From IMG/VR virus record IMGVR_UViG_3300049731_000099, positions 1-24,751 of that record: a stretch of 24,751 nt of DNA, one strand, 5' to 3'. This stretch comes from a virus. Taxonomy: Duplodnaviria; Caudoviricetes. The position numbers and the translations under genes are program-made. Position 1 is the first letter of the stretch, and the number at the start of each line of letters is the position of its first letter. Positions 15,817-23,512 of this stretch are shown in pieces. The notes under the pieces are model-generated. The model was not told the DNA's origin and ran no database searches. It saw only the letters and a list, made by a program, of their open reading frames with translations.

Positions 15817-17634
15817 GTGGCGACGATGCAGACCTTCGACTGGTACGTGGACAGGCTGGAGCTCGCGTCCTGGGAGAGCCAGGAGCCGGGTAGCCGCAGC
15901 GGCTTCTTCGCCTGTCCGGTGCACGGCGGAAGTGACTCCCTGCACGTCACCGAGAAGAACGGCAAGGCGCTCCTGAAGTGCTTCGCGTGCACCGCTAACG
16001 CGCTCGAGATCACGGCGGCACTGGATGTTGAGACCACGAAGCCGATCGTCGCGCGCCCCACCAGGAAGAAGCTCAACGGGGTCTCTCCGGCAGCTAAGCA
16101 GACCGGGTCTCCTCTTACATGGATGGCCGAGCGCTGTGCGGTTTCACGTCAGCAGCTCGACGGGATGCACCTCCCGCTGAGCGAGACCGAGGACGCGGTG
16201 GTCTTCGAGTTCGCGAACGCGAGGAAGCTCAGGATCGTCGGCGAGGGCAAGAAGGGCAAGGACTTCAGGTGGGAGGGAGCGGACATCCCGCCGCTGTGGC
16301 CGACGCCCGAGAGCCCGGCCAGCGAGGTCGTCGTCTGCGAGGGCGAGGCCGACGCGATCTGCCTGCGGTACTCGGACATCGAGGCCTACAGCGTGACCAA
16401 GGGGGCCGGGTCCTCGATTCCCGCGGTGGTGTGGGACGCGCTGCGAGCGGCGGGCGTGGACACGGTTCGCCTGGTCTTCGACCTGGACGACGCTGGCCGT
16501 AAGGGACGGGACCAGGCGGCCACAGGAGCGCGCCTGGCGGGCCTCAAGGTACGGGAGAGTCGGGTCGTCGGGATCGACGCGCTGGCGGGCGAGACGGACG
16601 CCAGGAGCGTCGCGCTCAGGAGGGGCTACCCGCTCGTCCTCGAGGACGACGCAGACGAGGACGAGGCGACGATGCTGGCCGACGTCAGCGCGGTCCCGCC
16701 CGCGCCCTCGATCCTCGGGAGACTGCACCCCTCCGAGCACTCGATCCTGTTCGGCGACGGCGGGGTCGGGAAGGGAGTGGTCGCGGCCTGGTGGATCGGG
16801 ACCATGACCCGGGAGCTCGGGATGCGGGTCCTCATCCTCGACTACGAGCAGCACGCGCAGTACGAGTGGCGTCCTCGAGTCGAGGTCTTCGGCGGGAACC
16901 TCAACGCGGTGTTCATCGTCCAGCCCGTGCGTCCCATCTGGGACATCGCCTCGTGGGTGGCGGGACAGGCCGAGCTCCACCACGCGGACTACCTGGTCGT
17001 CGACTCGGTGACCTACGCGTGCGTCGGGCAGGAGGTCGAGAAGTCCGTGACGGCGACCAGGTACTCGCTGGCCATCGCGACCATCGGTCTCCCCGCGCTC
17101 AGCCTGGCTCACGTCCCGAAGGCGACGGACGACCCGAGCCATCCGTTCGGCTCTACGTTCTGGAGCAACGGGGCCCGGGTCACCATCGCGATGTCCCGGG
17201 AGCAGCAGGACGACCCGTACTCGACGAGGATCCTGCGCAACGCGAAGACGAACCAGCACGCCCCGTTCCTGGCCAGGGCCATCGAGTGGGACTGGCTCAA
17301 CAACGAGAGGCCCGGGAAGCCCGTGCCCGGGAAGGGGTACAACACGCTCGTCGAGCGGGACGCCTACACCAGCGCGTCGTCCGCCATCAAGGCGACGCAG
17401 GCCACGCTCGGGAAGACGAACGTCACCCCCGAGGAGGTCTACGCCACGACCGGGAAGAGGAACGTGAAGGAGGGCAACATCAGGCAGGTCAATCGGCGGG
17501 AACGGATCATCGTCGCGAGACGAGCCGAGCGGGACCCGGACGTCACCCGTGACGACGCAGACGCCGAGCCAGGGGCAGACTCAGGAGCCCGCCCTAAGCG
17601 GGCAGTTAGTACGGAAGAGGAGGACGCTAAGTGA
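15817..17634 (+). CDS. Primase-helicase: CHC2 Zn finger + TOPRIM + RecA-like (AAA_25) ATPase, ~605 aa
   Basis: CPVH...CFAC; VCEGEAD and FDLDDAG; GDGGVGKG, LDYE, VVDS, LAH; start codon uncertain (15817 or 15826). Confidence 0.85.
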   Translation: MATMQTFDWYVDRLELASWESQEPGSRSGFFACPVHGGSDSLHVTEKNGKALLKCFACTANALEITAALDVETTKPIVARPTRKKLNGVSPAAKQTGSPLTWMAERCAVSRQQLDGMHLPLSETEDAVVFEFANARKLRIVGEGKKGKDFRWEGADIPPLWPTPESPASEVVVCEGEADAICLRYSDIEAYSVTKGAGSSIPAVVWDALRAAGVDTVRLVFDLDDAGRKGRDQAATGARLAGLKVRESRVVGIDALAGETDARSVALRRGYPLVLEDDADEDEATMLADVSAVPPAPSILGRLHPSEHSILFGDGGVGKGVVAAWWIGTMTRELGMRVLILDYEQHAQYEWRPRVEVFGGNLNAVFIVQPVRPIWDIASWVAGQAELHHADYLVVDSVTYACVGQEVEKSVTATRYSLAIATIGLPALSLAHVPKATDDPSHPFGSTFWSNGARVTIAMSREQQDDPYSTRILRNAKTNQHAPFLARAIEWDWLNNERPGKPVPGKGYNTLVERDAYTSASSAIKATQATLGKTNVTPEEVYATTGKRNVKEGNIRQVNRRERIIVARRAERDPDVTRDDADAEPGADSGARPKRAVSTEEEDAK

Positions 17635-17828
17635 CGGATAACACGGAACTCCCTCGGGGTAGCCTCGAGGACTGGATGACCGCGGAGGAGGTGGCCGGCT
17701 GGCTCCACGTCTCGAAGCGGGTCCTCAGCGCCAACAGGATCCCGTCGGCCCTGGTCGGGCAGAAGAGGTTCTACAACAAGTACGACGTGGCCGCCTGGCT
17801 CCAGCAGAGAAGGGATCGCGATGCGTAA
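17631..17828 (+). CDS. Excisionase/MerR-like HTH DNA-binding protein, 65 aa
   Basis: WMTAEEVAGWLHVS...IPS..VG...FY...DV.AWL. Confidence 0.8.
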   Translation: MTDNTELPRGSLEDWMTAEEVAGWLHVSKRVLSANRIPSALVGQKRFYNKYDVAAWLQQRRDRDA

Positions 17829-17994
17829 GCCCGAGAAGATCGTGAAGGTCCAGCGACGGAAGCAGTCCACGGAGCTCCCGCCCGACCAGCTCATGCTGGC
17901 TACCGAGTGCGGACACTGCGGCAAGCACTTCACGAACCCGAGCGAGGCGGCGTGGCACGTGGCCGACATGCACACAAAGCACGAACCAGGCTGA
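17821..17994 (+). CDS. Small classical C2H2 zinc-finger protein, 57 aa
   Basis: Not in ORF track; MRKPEKIVKVQRRKQSTELPPDQLMLATECGHCGKHFTNPSEAAWHVADMHTKHEPG; overlaps previous stop. Confidence 0.7.
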   Translation: MRKPEKIVKVQRRKQSTELPPDQLMLATECGHCGKHFTNPSEAAWHVADMHTKHEPG

Positions 17995-18172
17995 GCCGTT
18001 ACTCTGGGCCGAACTTGGAAAGACCCCGCGCTACCGTCTGGCCCGACGCTCCCAGTTACTCTCGTGGCCACGAGGCCGAGTTTCTCGCGGGGGACCTCGC
18101 ATTGTAGCAGGCTCGAGCGCACTACGCGCGCGCGGATCCTGTTCTACGCGCGTAACGGGTCGCTCGATCGAG

Positions 18173-18239
18173 CGCTGAAAAAATATATGGTGCACGACCG
18201 TCGAGGTATATGGACAGTGCGTCGTCGAGGAGATATGAT
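18173..18239 (+). promoter_or_regulatory. Repeated promoter cassette, copy 1
   Basis: CGCTGAAAAAATATATGGTGCA upstream box; TGGACA (18211)-17 nt-TATGAT (18234). Confidence 0.85.
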
Positions 18240-18307
18240 CGTTCCAGACGATAACGGTCCAGCATCCAGCGGGATCGAAGGTCGTCGCAGACAGGAGGCA
18301 ACAGAAT

Positions 18308-18700
18308 ATGCCTACCTCGGCAAAGGCTCCGGCCAAGTCGGCCGCGCAGCCCGCGCCTTCGGTGCGGAAGACCCGCCGTGTCTTCCCCGTCGGCCAGTGC
18401 CACTGGCGCGCTGGCGGGCTGGGAGACAAGACCGGGCCATCGGCCTGCAAGAAGCAGATCGTGGCCAAGCGGGCCAACCTCTGCCCGGAGCACGAGAAGG
18501 TCTGGCAGGCCGCAGCGCGCAAGCGCTACACCGCCAACAAGGCCGCCAAGGCGCAGCCCGTCAAAAAGGCGAACGCCTCTGGCAAGACCGAACTCGAGGA
18601 GCAGTTGGAGGCCAGCGTCGAAGCTGTCGCCTTCGCGACTCCCGAGCTCGCGGCCAAGGCGAAGGCCGACCGGGACGCGCGCCGCGCGCCCCGCAGCTAG
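18308..18700 (+). CDS. C-x15-C-x11-C-x2-H paralogue A, 130 aa
   Basis: AGGAGG RBS; TRRVF..QCHWR.GGLGD...C...ANLC..HE..WQAAAR.RY shared with two minus-strand genes. Confidence 0.9.
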   Translation: MPTSAKAPAKSAAQPAPSVRKTRRVFPVGQCHWRAGGLGDKTGPSACKKQIVAKRANLCPEHEKVWQAAARKRYTANKAAKAQPVKKANASGKTELEEQLEASVEAVAFATPELAAKAKADRDARRAPRS

Positions 18701-18705
18701 ACCTC

Positions 18706-18746
18706 GATGACGGCGTCCCTCCGCTGAGGGGCGCCGTCGTCTGTTT
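18706..18746 (+). terminator. Intrinsic terminator after paralogue A
   Basis: GATGACGGCGTCCCTC-CGCT-GAGGGGCGCCGTCGTC then TGTTT. Confidence 0.85.
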
Positions 18747-18763
18747 CCAGCGAGGTGATGCTC

Positions 18764-19120
18764 ATGACGACCAGAGCGCGGATGCGCAAGGTCGGGCTCG
18801 AGGCGCAGCGTCTCGAGCAGGAGCGCGAACGTCTGGAAGACGCAGCGCTGGAGCGAAAGCGCCGGACGAAGGCTATGTCCATGGGGACCCTAATCGCCGC
18901 GACAGACGCGGCGATCGGGCGGGACGCCGACGACGACGCGAACTACTACGCGGCGTCCACGTTCGCCGTCGCTTGGGCGGCGTTAGGGTACGTCGTCTGG
19001 ATGACACTCGTCCTCACGTGGCGGGTGTGCCAGACGGTGCTCGTGTGGATCGCGCAGCGTAGGGGAAGGAGTAAGCCGGCAGAGATCCAGTTGTCGAGCG
19101 TTCGCTTCAGACCGAAGTGA
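18764..19120 (+). CDS. Hypothetical protein, coiled-coil N-terminus plus hydrophobic segment
   Basis: GAGGTG RBS 6 nt before ATG 18764 (alternative starts 18755/18758); FAVAWAALGYVVWMTLVL. Confidence 0.6.
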   Translation: MTTRARMRKVGLEAQRLEQERERLEDAALERKRRTKAMSMGTLIAATDAAIGRDADDDANYYAASTFAVAWAALGYVVWMTLVLTWRVCQTVLVWIAQRRGRSKPAEIQLSSVRFRPK

Positions 19121-19127
19121 GGCTCAC

Positions 19128-19156
19128 GGGGCGGGGCTTGCGATGAGCCCCGCCCC
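19128..19156. terminator. GC-rich intergenic hairpin (terminator or stabiliser)
   Basis: GGGGCGGGGCTTG-CGA-TGAGCCCCGCCCC; no U-tract. Confidence 0.5.
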
Positions 19157-19187
19157 TCCATCGGGGGACATCACCCGGGAGGTGAAC

Positions 19188-19415
19188 ATGCCCAGGAACC
19201 AGGTCGTCACCCGCCTGCCTATCCCGATCGAGCGTCCCGTCGTGGAACTCGTCGGGGAGGACAGCAACGCGTTCAACATCCTGGGACTCGCGATCGCCGC
19301 GATGCGGAATCACGGGTACCAGGACGAGCTGATCGAGCAGTACCGGGCCGAGGCCATGAGCGGTGACTACAACCACCTGCTCACGGTCACGATGGAGTAC
19401 GTCGAGGTCCAGTAG
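19188..19415 (+). CDS. Conserved small phage protein (LVGED.NAF...SGDY.HLL type), 75 aa
   Basis: GGAGGTG RBS; motif I recognise from uncharacterised phage proteins. Confidence 0.8.
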   Translation: MPRNQVVTRLPIPIERPVVELVGEDSNAFNILGLAIAAMRNHGYQDELIEQYRAEAMSGDYNHLLTVTMEYVEVQ

Positions 19416-19628
19416 ATGAGCTCGATACCCAGCCTGAGAGACAGCCTGCGTCGCGCCGAGGAGCTGGGCCTCGAGGTGAAGTGGCTCAACAGGACCGGGG
19501 AGGTGGCGGTGCGCGACCCGCTCCAACTCGGCGGGGCGCCCGTCCGGGTCAACGCCCGGAAGAAGGACACGCCGCGGATCCTCCTGAAACTACTCAAGCG
19601 GGCGGCCGAGACGAGGCACCTAGAATGA
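19416..19628 (+). CDS. Hypothetical protein, 70 aa
   Basis: Abuts previous stop; ATGA overlap with next gene. Confidence 0.7.
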   Translation: MSSIPSLRDSLRRAEELGLEVKWLNRTGEVAVRDPLQLGGAPVRVNARKKDTPRILLKLLKRAAETRHLE

Positions 19629-19870
19629 AACGCGGCAGGCCGCCGAAACGCTACGTCGCTGACCGCCGGCGACACCTCTGGACTGCGGGTGGCCGAGACT
19701 CCCTGCTGGCGATGGCCGACGACCTCGACATCCCTCGCCACTGGCTCCACCGCGGCGGGGTCCTGGAGCACGTCGACATCCCGGTCCTCCAGGTCACACG
19801 GGTGCTGGCCGACCCTCGAGTACGCGTCGTCTCCAGTCCCAGGGAGCTCCTCCGTGTGGCGAAAAAATGA
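19625..19870 (+). CDS. DUF4031-like protein, 81 aa
   Basis: HL....DSLLAMA..L.I.R.W.H.....H.DI...VSSPREL resembles DUF4031 by eye. Confidence 0.6.
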   Translation: MKRGRPPKRYVADRRRHLWTAGGRDSLLAMADDLDIPRHWLHRGGVLEHVDIPVLQVTRVLADPRVRVVSSPRELLRVAKK

Positions 19871-19922
19871 TGGAGCCTCAGTAGATGCTTGTATGGACAC
19901 GGTATCGTCGAGGAGATACTAT
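19861..19922 (+). promoter_or_regulatory. Repeated promoter cassette, copy 2
   Basis: GAAAAAATGATGG upstream; TGGACA (19894)-17 nt-TACTAT (19917). Confidence 0.85.
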
Positions 19923-19980
19923 CAGATCGTACGAGGTCGCGCGAACGCGCGAACCCGTACACGCAGTGGAGGACCTCGAA

Positions 19981-20079
19981 GTGTTGGAGGTCGCAACGAC
20001 GGTAGCGGGCGCGTTCGCAGCGCTCGTGTTGTTCGTCGTCATCGGGATGGCTCTCCTCGAAGCCATCGACCACCCGTGA
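19981..20079 (+). CDS. Small single-TM protein, 32 aa
   Basis: Starts at the GTG of the conserved AGTGGAGGACCTCGAAGTG leader; MLEVATTVAGAFAALVLFVVIGMALLEAIDHP. Confidence 0.65.
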   Translation: MLEVATTVAGAFAALVLFVVIGMALLEAIDHP

Positions 20080-20318
20080 GCGAGGCGCAGACCTCGAGCC
20101 CGATGTGGATCGAGTACACCGAGGAGCGGAAGACCAGGCTCATCCAGGCCCTGCGTCGTGATGACGCGATGGACTTCGACGACTGGTACCAGACGCTCCG
20201 GGCGGCCATGAACGTGCCAGTCGGCGCGTTCCTCCCGTACGAGCTGCCAGACGGCTCGGACGGGGACAACAACCTCGAGCACGCGTCGATCGCGCTCGAC
20301 TACTACGGGATCGCCTGA
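20076..20318 (+). CDS. Hypothetical acidic protein, 80 aa
   Basis: GTGA overlap; phage-typical codon usage. Confidence 0.7.
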   Translation: MSEAQTSSPMWIEYTEERKTRLIQALRRDDAMDFDDWYQTLRAAMNVPVGAFLPYELPDGSDGDNNLEHASIALDYYGIA

Positions 20319-20319
20319 C

Positions 20320-20619
20320 GTGGGCGCCCCGTGGAGACCCGGCGACTGGGCTGTGCCCAGTCGTCGGATGGCCGACGGCACGGCTCGCATGCTCGCGGGC
20401 TCGCCCCCGGGCGAGGTCACGGAAGTCGGCTACAGCACGCTGAGAGTCCGCTACCTCGGGTTCTCGGTGTTCGGCTACAAGTGGGAGTTCCGACGCACGA
20501 TGCAGGGCTACGGGCGCTGTGTCCGCTGCGGCGAGTTCCCGCTCAGCAACGACGTGGCCGAGGTCGCGGACGGGATCGTCCACGCCTCGTGCATGAGGGA
20601 AGGAGAGCAGATCGCGTGA
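20320..20619 (+). CDS. Hypothetical protein with CVRC...HASC motif, 99 aa
   Basis: Tight packing with neighbours; C-terminal Zn-ligand pattern. Confidence 0.65.
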   Translation: MGAPWRPGDWAVPSRRMADGTARMLAGSPPGEVTEVGYSTLRVRYLGFSVFGYKWEFRRTMQGYGRCVRCGEFPLSNDVAEVADGIVHASCMREGEQIA

Positions 20620-20867
20620 GCGAGGTACTCCCGAACGGCACGATCATCCTGGACACACCCCAGGACATCGACTTCTTCAGGCTGCTGAGCCTGTACCACG
20701 CGCTCGAGCTCGAGACGGAACACGGGATCCGGATGTCGAGCAGGATGTCCGCCCTCCAGGCGGCCAAGCGCAGCGGGTTCGCCGGCTCGAGGCCCAAGAT
20801 CCTCGCGCAGATCAGGGCGCAGCTCGAGCAGATGGAGGCGACGAAAAAAAGTATGGTGCAGCGCTGA
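20616..20867 (+). CDS. Hypothetical protein, 83 aa
   Basis: GTGA overlap, AGGAG RBS; 3' end runs into the next promoter cassette. Confidence 0.7.
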   Translation: MSEVLPNGTIILDTPQDIDFFRLLSLYHALELETEHGIRMSSRMSALQAAKRSGFAGSRPKILAQIRAQLEQMEATKKSMVQR

Positions 20868-20905
20868 CTGCTTCGCTGGACAGAGCGTCGTGGAGGGGAT
20901 ATAAT
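20843..20905 (+). promoter_or_regulatory. Repeated promoter cassette, copy 3
   Basis: GAAAAAAAGTATGGTGCA; TGCTTCGC-TGGACA (20877)-17 nt-TATAAT (20900). Confidence 0.9.
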
Positions 20906-20955
20906 CTACTCAGAACGGTCGACGAACGCCGACCGCGAAAGTGGAGGACCTCGAA

Positions 20956-21177
20956 GTGACGAAGCCGACGCAGACGCTGCGGCTCGACAGCAGGGGCGAG
21001 TGGACGCCGTGGTACCCCGCGAGCGAGTACCCGGAGCCCTCGAACGAGGAGCGCATGTTCGGGCCGGAGCGCTGCCCCGACTGCGACGAAGCGATCACGC
21101 CGGGCGTGCTCAAGGGAGCGAACGGCCGCCCGCGGCTGATCCAGTGCCGGTGCGACGAGTGGGGAGGCCGACTGTGA
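20956..21177 (+). CDS. Hypothetical protein with CPDC...CRC, 73 aa
   Basis: Starts at the GTG of AGTGGAGGACCTCGAAGTG leader. Confidence 0.7.
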   Translation: MTKPTQTLRLDSRGEWTPWYPASEYPEPSNEERMFGPERCPDCDEAITPGVLKGANGRPRLIQCRCDEWGGRL

Positions 21178-21341
21178 GCGCCTACGAGTTCTACGGCGAG
21201 GACTGGGCCCTCATGGGTGACGGCCTGCTGCCGACCGCCACGTGCCTCTGCGGCGCGTGGCCCCTGGACGAGTACGGCACGTGGTGTCCGTCGTGCGAGC
21301 GCACGATGTGGCTGCACGCGAACGAGGAGGTGTCTCAGTGA
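21174..21341 (+). CDS. Small Cys-rich protein (CLC...CPSC), 55 aa
   Basis: GGAGG RBS, GTGA overlaps on both sides. Confidence 0.7.
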   Translation: MSAYEFYGEDWALMGDGLLPTATCLCGAWPLDEYGTWCPSCERTMWLHANEEVSQ

Positions 21342-21664
21342 CTGTCTCGCCTGCGGAGCGCCGGCTGCAGCTCCGGCGCATCGCGGCCGCCCGGCCCTAC
21401 ACGTGGGGCGAGTGGGTCGAGGCCAGCCGGCTGTTCGGCGTCCCGGTCCCGCAGTGGGCCTTCGAGCTGTGGGGCGGGAAGATCCTCGACGGGGAGCTCA
21501 CCTGCTCCGTCGTCTGCAAGAACACCGCCGAGCAGGACGGGTTCGACCCGTGCCTGCCGGACGGGACCCGCACCGAGCCTCTGGTGGGCGTGTGGGTCGA
21601 GCCCCTGTACATCTGCAACCGCTGCGGCGCCGTCCTCCTGGTCCCGCCCGAGCGCGAAAAATAA
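21338..21664 (+). CDS. Hypothetical Cys-containing protein, 108 aa
   Basis: GGAGGTG RBS, GTGA overlap; CSVVC...CNRC; stop lies inside next promoter cassette. Confidence 0.7.
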   Translation: MTVSPAERRLQLRRIAAARPYTWGEWVEASRLFGVPVPQWAFELWGGKILDGELTCSVVCKNTAEQDGFDPCLPDGTRTEPLVGVWVEPLYICNRCGAVLLVPPEREK

Positions 21665-21719
21665 GTATGGTGCACCATCTGATGCTTCGCTGGACACGGC
21701 GTCGTCGAGGAGATAATAT
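21656..21719 (+). promoter_or_regulatory. Repeated promoter cassette, copy 4
   Basis: GAAAAATAAGTATGGTGCA; GATGCTTCGC-TGGACA (21691)-17 nt-TAATAT (21714). Confidence 0.85.
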
Positions 21720-21782
21720 CTACGTATCAGGTCGACGACGCGCGAGGTTCGCGCGACGAGGCCAGAAGTGGAGGACAACGAA

Positions 21783-21944
21783 GTGAACACGGGAACCCTG
21801 AAGGGTGAGGTCCGTCGCCTCGGCGACCGCTGGTACATCGTGTCGGTCACCAAGGGGGACTTCTACGGTCTGATCCTGTTCGCGCGCCTGGGCTACGCCA
21901 CGCGCGAGGAGGCCGAGGCCGTGCTGAAGAGGCACCAGCCGTGA
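21783..21944 (+). CDS. Hypothetical protein, 53 aa
   Basis: Not in ORF track; GTG of AGTGGAGGACAACGAAGTG leader; MNTGTLKGEVRRLGDRWYIVSVTKGDFYGLILFARLGYATREEAEAVLKRHQP. Confidence 0.75.
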   Translation: MNTGTLKGEVRRLGDRWYIVSVTKGDFYGLILFARLGYATREEAEAVLKRHQP

Positions 21945-22144
21945 GGCAGGCGTGGCCGGTCGAGCAGACCGACCCCGACCCGCACCCGTGGTGGCCAGTG
22001 GCCCTGGTGCTACTGGTCCTGGTCTACGGGTACGTGCTCGGGTACTGGGCGGGGACGGAGGGGCAGCCGGACTGCCCGCAGGAGGACTCGTGCGTCGTCG
22101 ACTACCGCGACGGCGCGTGGCACATCGAGGAGGTGACGCCGTGA
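21941..22144 (+). CDS. Small membrane protein with CPQEDSC motif, 67 aa
   Basis: GTGA overlaps; WWPVALVLLVLVYGYVLGYW TM. Confidence 0.7.
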   Translation: MRQAWPVEQTDPDPHPWWPVALVLLVLVYGYVLGYWAGTEGQPDCPQEDSCVVDYRDGAWHIEEVTP

Positions 22145-22320
22145 CACCAGAGGAGCAGATCGAGGCGCAGCGCGACGTCACGCGCGACGACTACGCCGAC
22201 GCCGTGAACCTGGCACTCGGGGACACGCTCGGAGAGAAGCTCGACATGGAGCGCGCGCTGGACAACCTGCGGGACTCCCTGTGGGAGCTCTGGCGACTAG
22301 CAGGAGGAACGGACGAGTGA
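22141..22320 (+). CDS. Hypothetical acidic helical protein, 59 aa
   Basis: GGAGGTG RBS, GTGA overlaps. Confidence 0.7.
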   Translation: MTPEEQIEAQRDVTRDDYADAVNLALGDTLGEKLDMERALDNLRDSLWELWRLAGGTDE

Positions 22321-22949
22321 GCAAGATCGTGAAGATCCACGGGGACCGGCTCGAGTTCACCACCAGCGAGTTCGGGCGGTACCTGCGGGTCGAGGACACG
22401 GAGCGGCTGAGACGCGTGCCCGTGGGCGAGTGGCCGGCCGTGTGGCTGGCCGAGACGCTGGGGTGGGAGCTGGTCGGCGGCGCGGACCCGACGGAGGGCG
22501 AGCCCCCGCCCGGGGAGCACTCGCTGTACGCGGGCGGGGACGACGACGACTGGCTCCACGGGGTCGGGACCCCGACCGCACCCGACCACTCGCCCCACGA
22601 CAGGATCGTGGTCGCTGACGAGTCGCCACCCGATCGTCACCCGGCGGGGAGCCCGGAGGTGCGGGAGTCGCTGACGGAGGGCGAGCGCTTCTACTTCGTC
22701 GAGGACGCGGTGAAGACCGGGCTCACGCGGGAGCAGGCGCTCGACTACTGGGAGATCCTCGAGCGGGTCAACGACGCCCACGAGGCGGTCGACCGGCTGT
22801 GGGTGACCACCCTGGAGCGCGGCGTCGACACCCTGGTCCGCAGGGACATCGACGGCTACCGCACGGTGGCGACGCTCCTGGCCATGACGCTCGACTGCCT
22901 CCGGTACGTGGTGGACTCCAGGCCCGCGCGGCCAGCCGCGACGGAGTAG
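22317..22949 (+). CDS. Hypothetical acidic protein, 210 aa
   Basis: AGGAGG RBS, GTGA overlap; last + strand gene before the hairpin. Confidence 0.75.
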   Translation: MSKIVKIHGDRLEFTTSEFGRYLRVEDTERLRRVPVGEWPAVWLAETLGWELVGGADPTEGEPPPGEHSLYAGGDDDDWLHGVGTPTAPDHSPHDRIVVADESPPDRHPAGSPEVRESLTEGERFYFVEDAVKTGLTREQALDYWEILERVNDAHEAVDRLWVTTLERGVDTLVRRDIDGYRTVATLLAMTLDCLRYVVDSRPARPAATE

Positions 22950-22953
22950 CTCA

Positions 22954-23002
22954 GGGACCCCGCCGCTCCCCTCGCCTCCACGGGGTCGAGCGGCGGGGTT
23001 CC
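22954..23002. terminator. Long hairpin at the convergence of + and - transcription units
   Basis: GGGACCCCGCCGCTC ... GAGCGGCGGGGTTCC 15-bp stem starting 5 nt after the stop. Confidence 0.7.
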
Positions 23003-23051
23003 GTCGCCCCTCCGGCTCGAGCCCGCGCCCGGCATGAGAGACGTGCGAGTG

Positions 23052-23132
23052 CCGAAACAACACACCACTGCTGCTCCGGAGAGACCCGCTCCGGAGAGCT
23101 TGAGCCGCCCCGAAACAACGCACCACCGATGC
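23052..23132. repeat. 23-bp imperfect direct repeat, 58-nt period
   Basis: CCGAAACAACACACCACTGCTGC (23052) vs CCGAAACAACGCACCACCGATGC (23110), 20/23 identical; GCTCCGGAGAG occurs twice (23073, 23088). Confidence 0.7.
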
Positions 23133-23155
23133 CGGGGGCGGCTCCCGGCGCCGGG

Positions 23156-23191
23156 CAGAAAGAGAGGGAGGGCGCCGGAGCGCCCTCCCTC
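23156..23191 (-). terminator. Intrinsic terminator after paralogue B
   Basis: Minus strand GAGGGAGGGCGC-TCCG-GCGCCCTCCCTC then TCTTTCT. Confidence 0.85.
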
Positions 23192-23197
23192 GAGCCC

Positions 23198-23434
23198 CTA
23201 CTTCGCGGCCTTCGCGGCCTCGTACTCGGCGATGATCGTCGCCTTTCGCCTCGCGGCGTACCGCTCGCGAGCGGCCGCCTGCCACAGCGCCTCGTGCTTG
23301 GGGCAGAGGTTCGCGTGTGCGGCCTCGATCTTGCCCCTGCAGGCCGGCGCGCCCTCGCGGTCGCCGAGCCCGCCGACTCGCCAGTGGCACTGCCCCTGCG
23401 CGAACACGCGGCGCGTCTGCTTTCGATCGGTCAC
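23198..23434 (-). CDS. C-x15-C-x11-C-x2-H paralogue B, 78 aa
   Basis: GAGGT RBS then CGAAGTG start; MTDRKQTRRVFAQGQCHWRVGGLGD...IIAEYEAAKAAK. Confidence 0.9.
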   Translation of the reverse strand: MTDRKQTRRVFAQGQCHWRVGGLGDREGAPACRGKIEAAHANLCPKHEALWQAAARERYAARRKATIIAEYEAAKAAK

Positions 23435-23512
23435 TTCGATCGTTACCTCGCTTCGAGTCGATCGTCGGCGCCGTTCGTCGGCGCGATCGTCGAGCTCGTT
23501 TTCGATAGGACG

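Noticed and set aside
205-17259. Long minus-strand ORFs (e.g. 205-1110, 1635-3023, 4025-5083, 13229-14302, 14369-15529, 16144-17259)
   Set aside because: Antisense shadows of well-supported + strand genes, expected with high GC3; no motifs or RBS.
17631-17828. Xis-like gene as proof of a temperate or integrated element
   Set aside because: No integrase or att site is seen in the window, and such HTH proteins also occur in lytic phages.
17995-18300. tRNA gene in the intergenic gap
   Set aside because: No cloverleaf with a T-loop GTTCRA and matching acceptor stem could be built by eye.
23052-23132. Mini-CRISPR array (repeat-spacer-repeat containing GAAAC)
   Set aside because: Only two imperfect non-palindromic copies, the intervening sequence is itself repetitive, and no cas operon is present.
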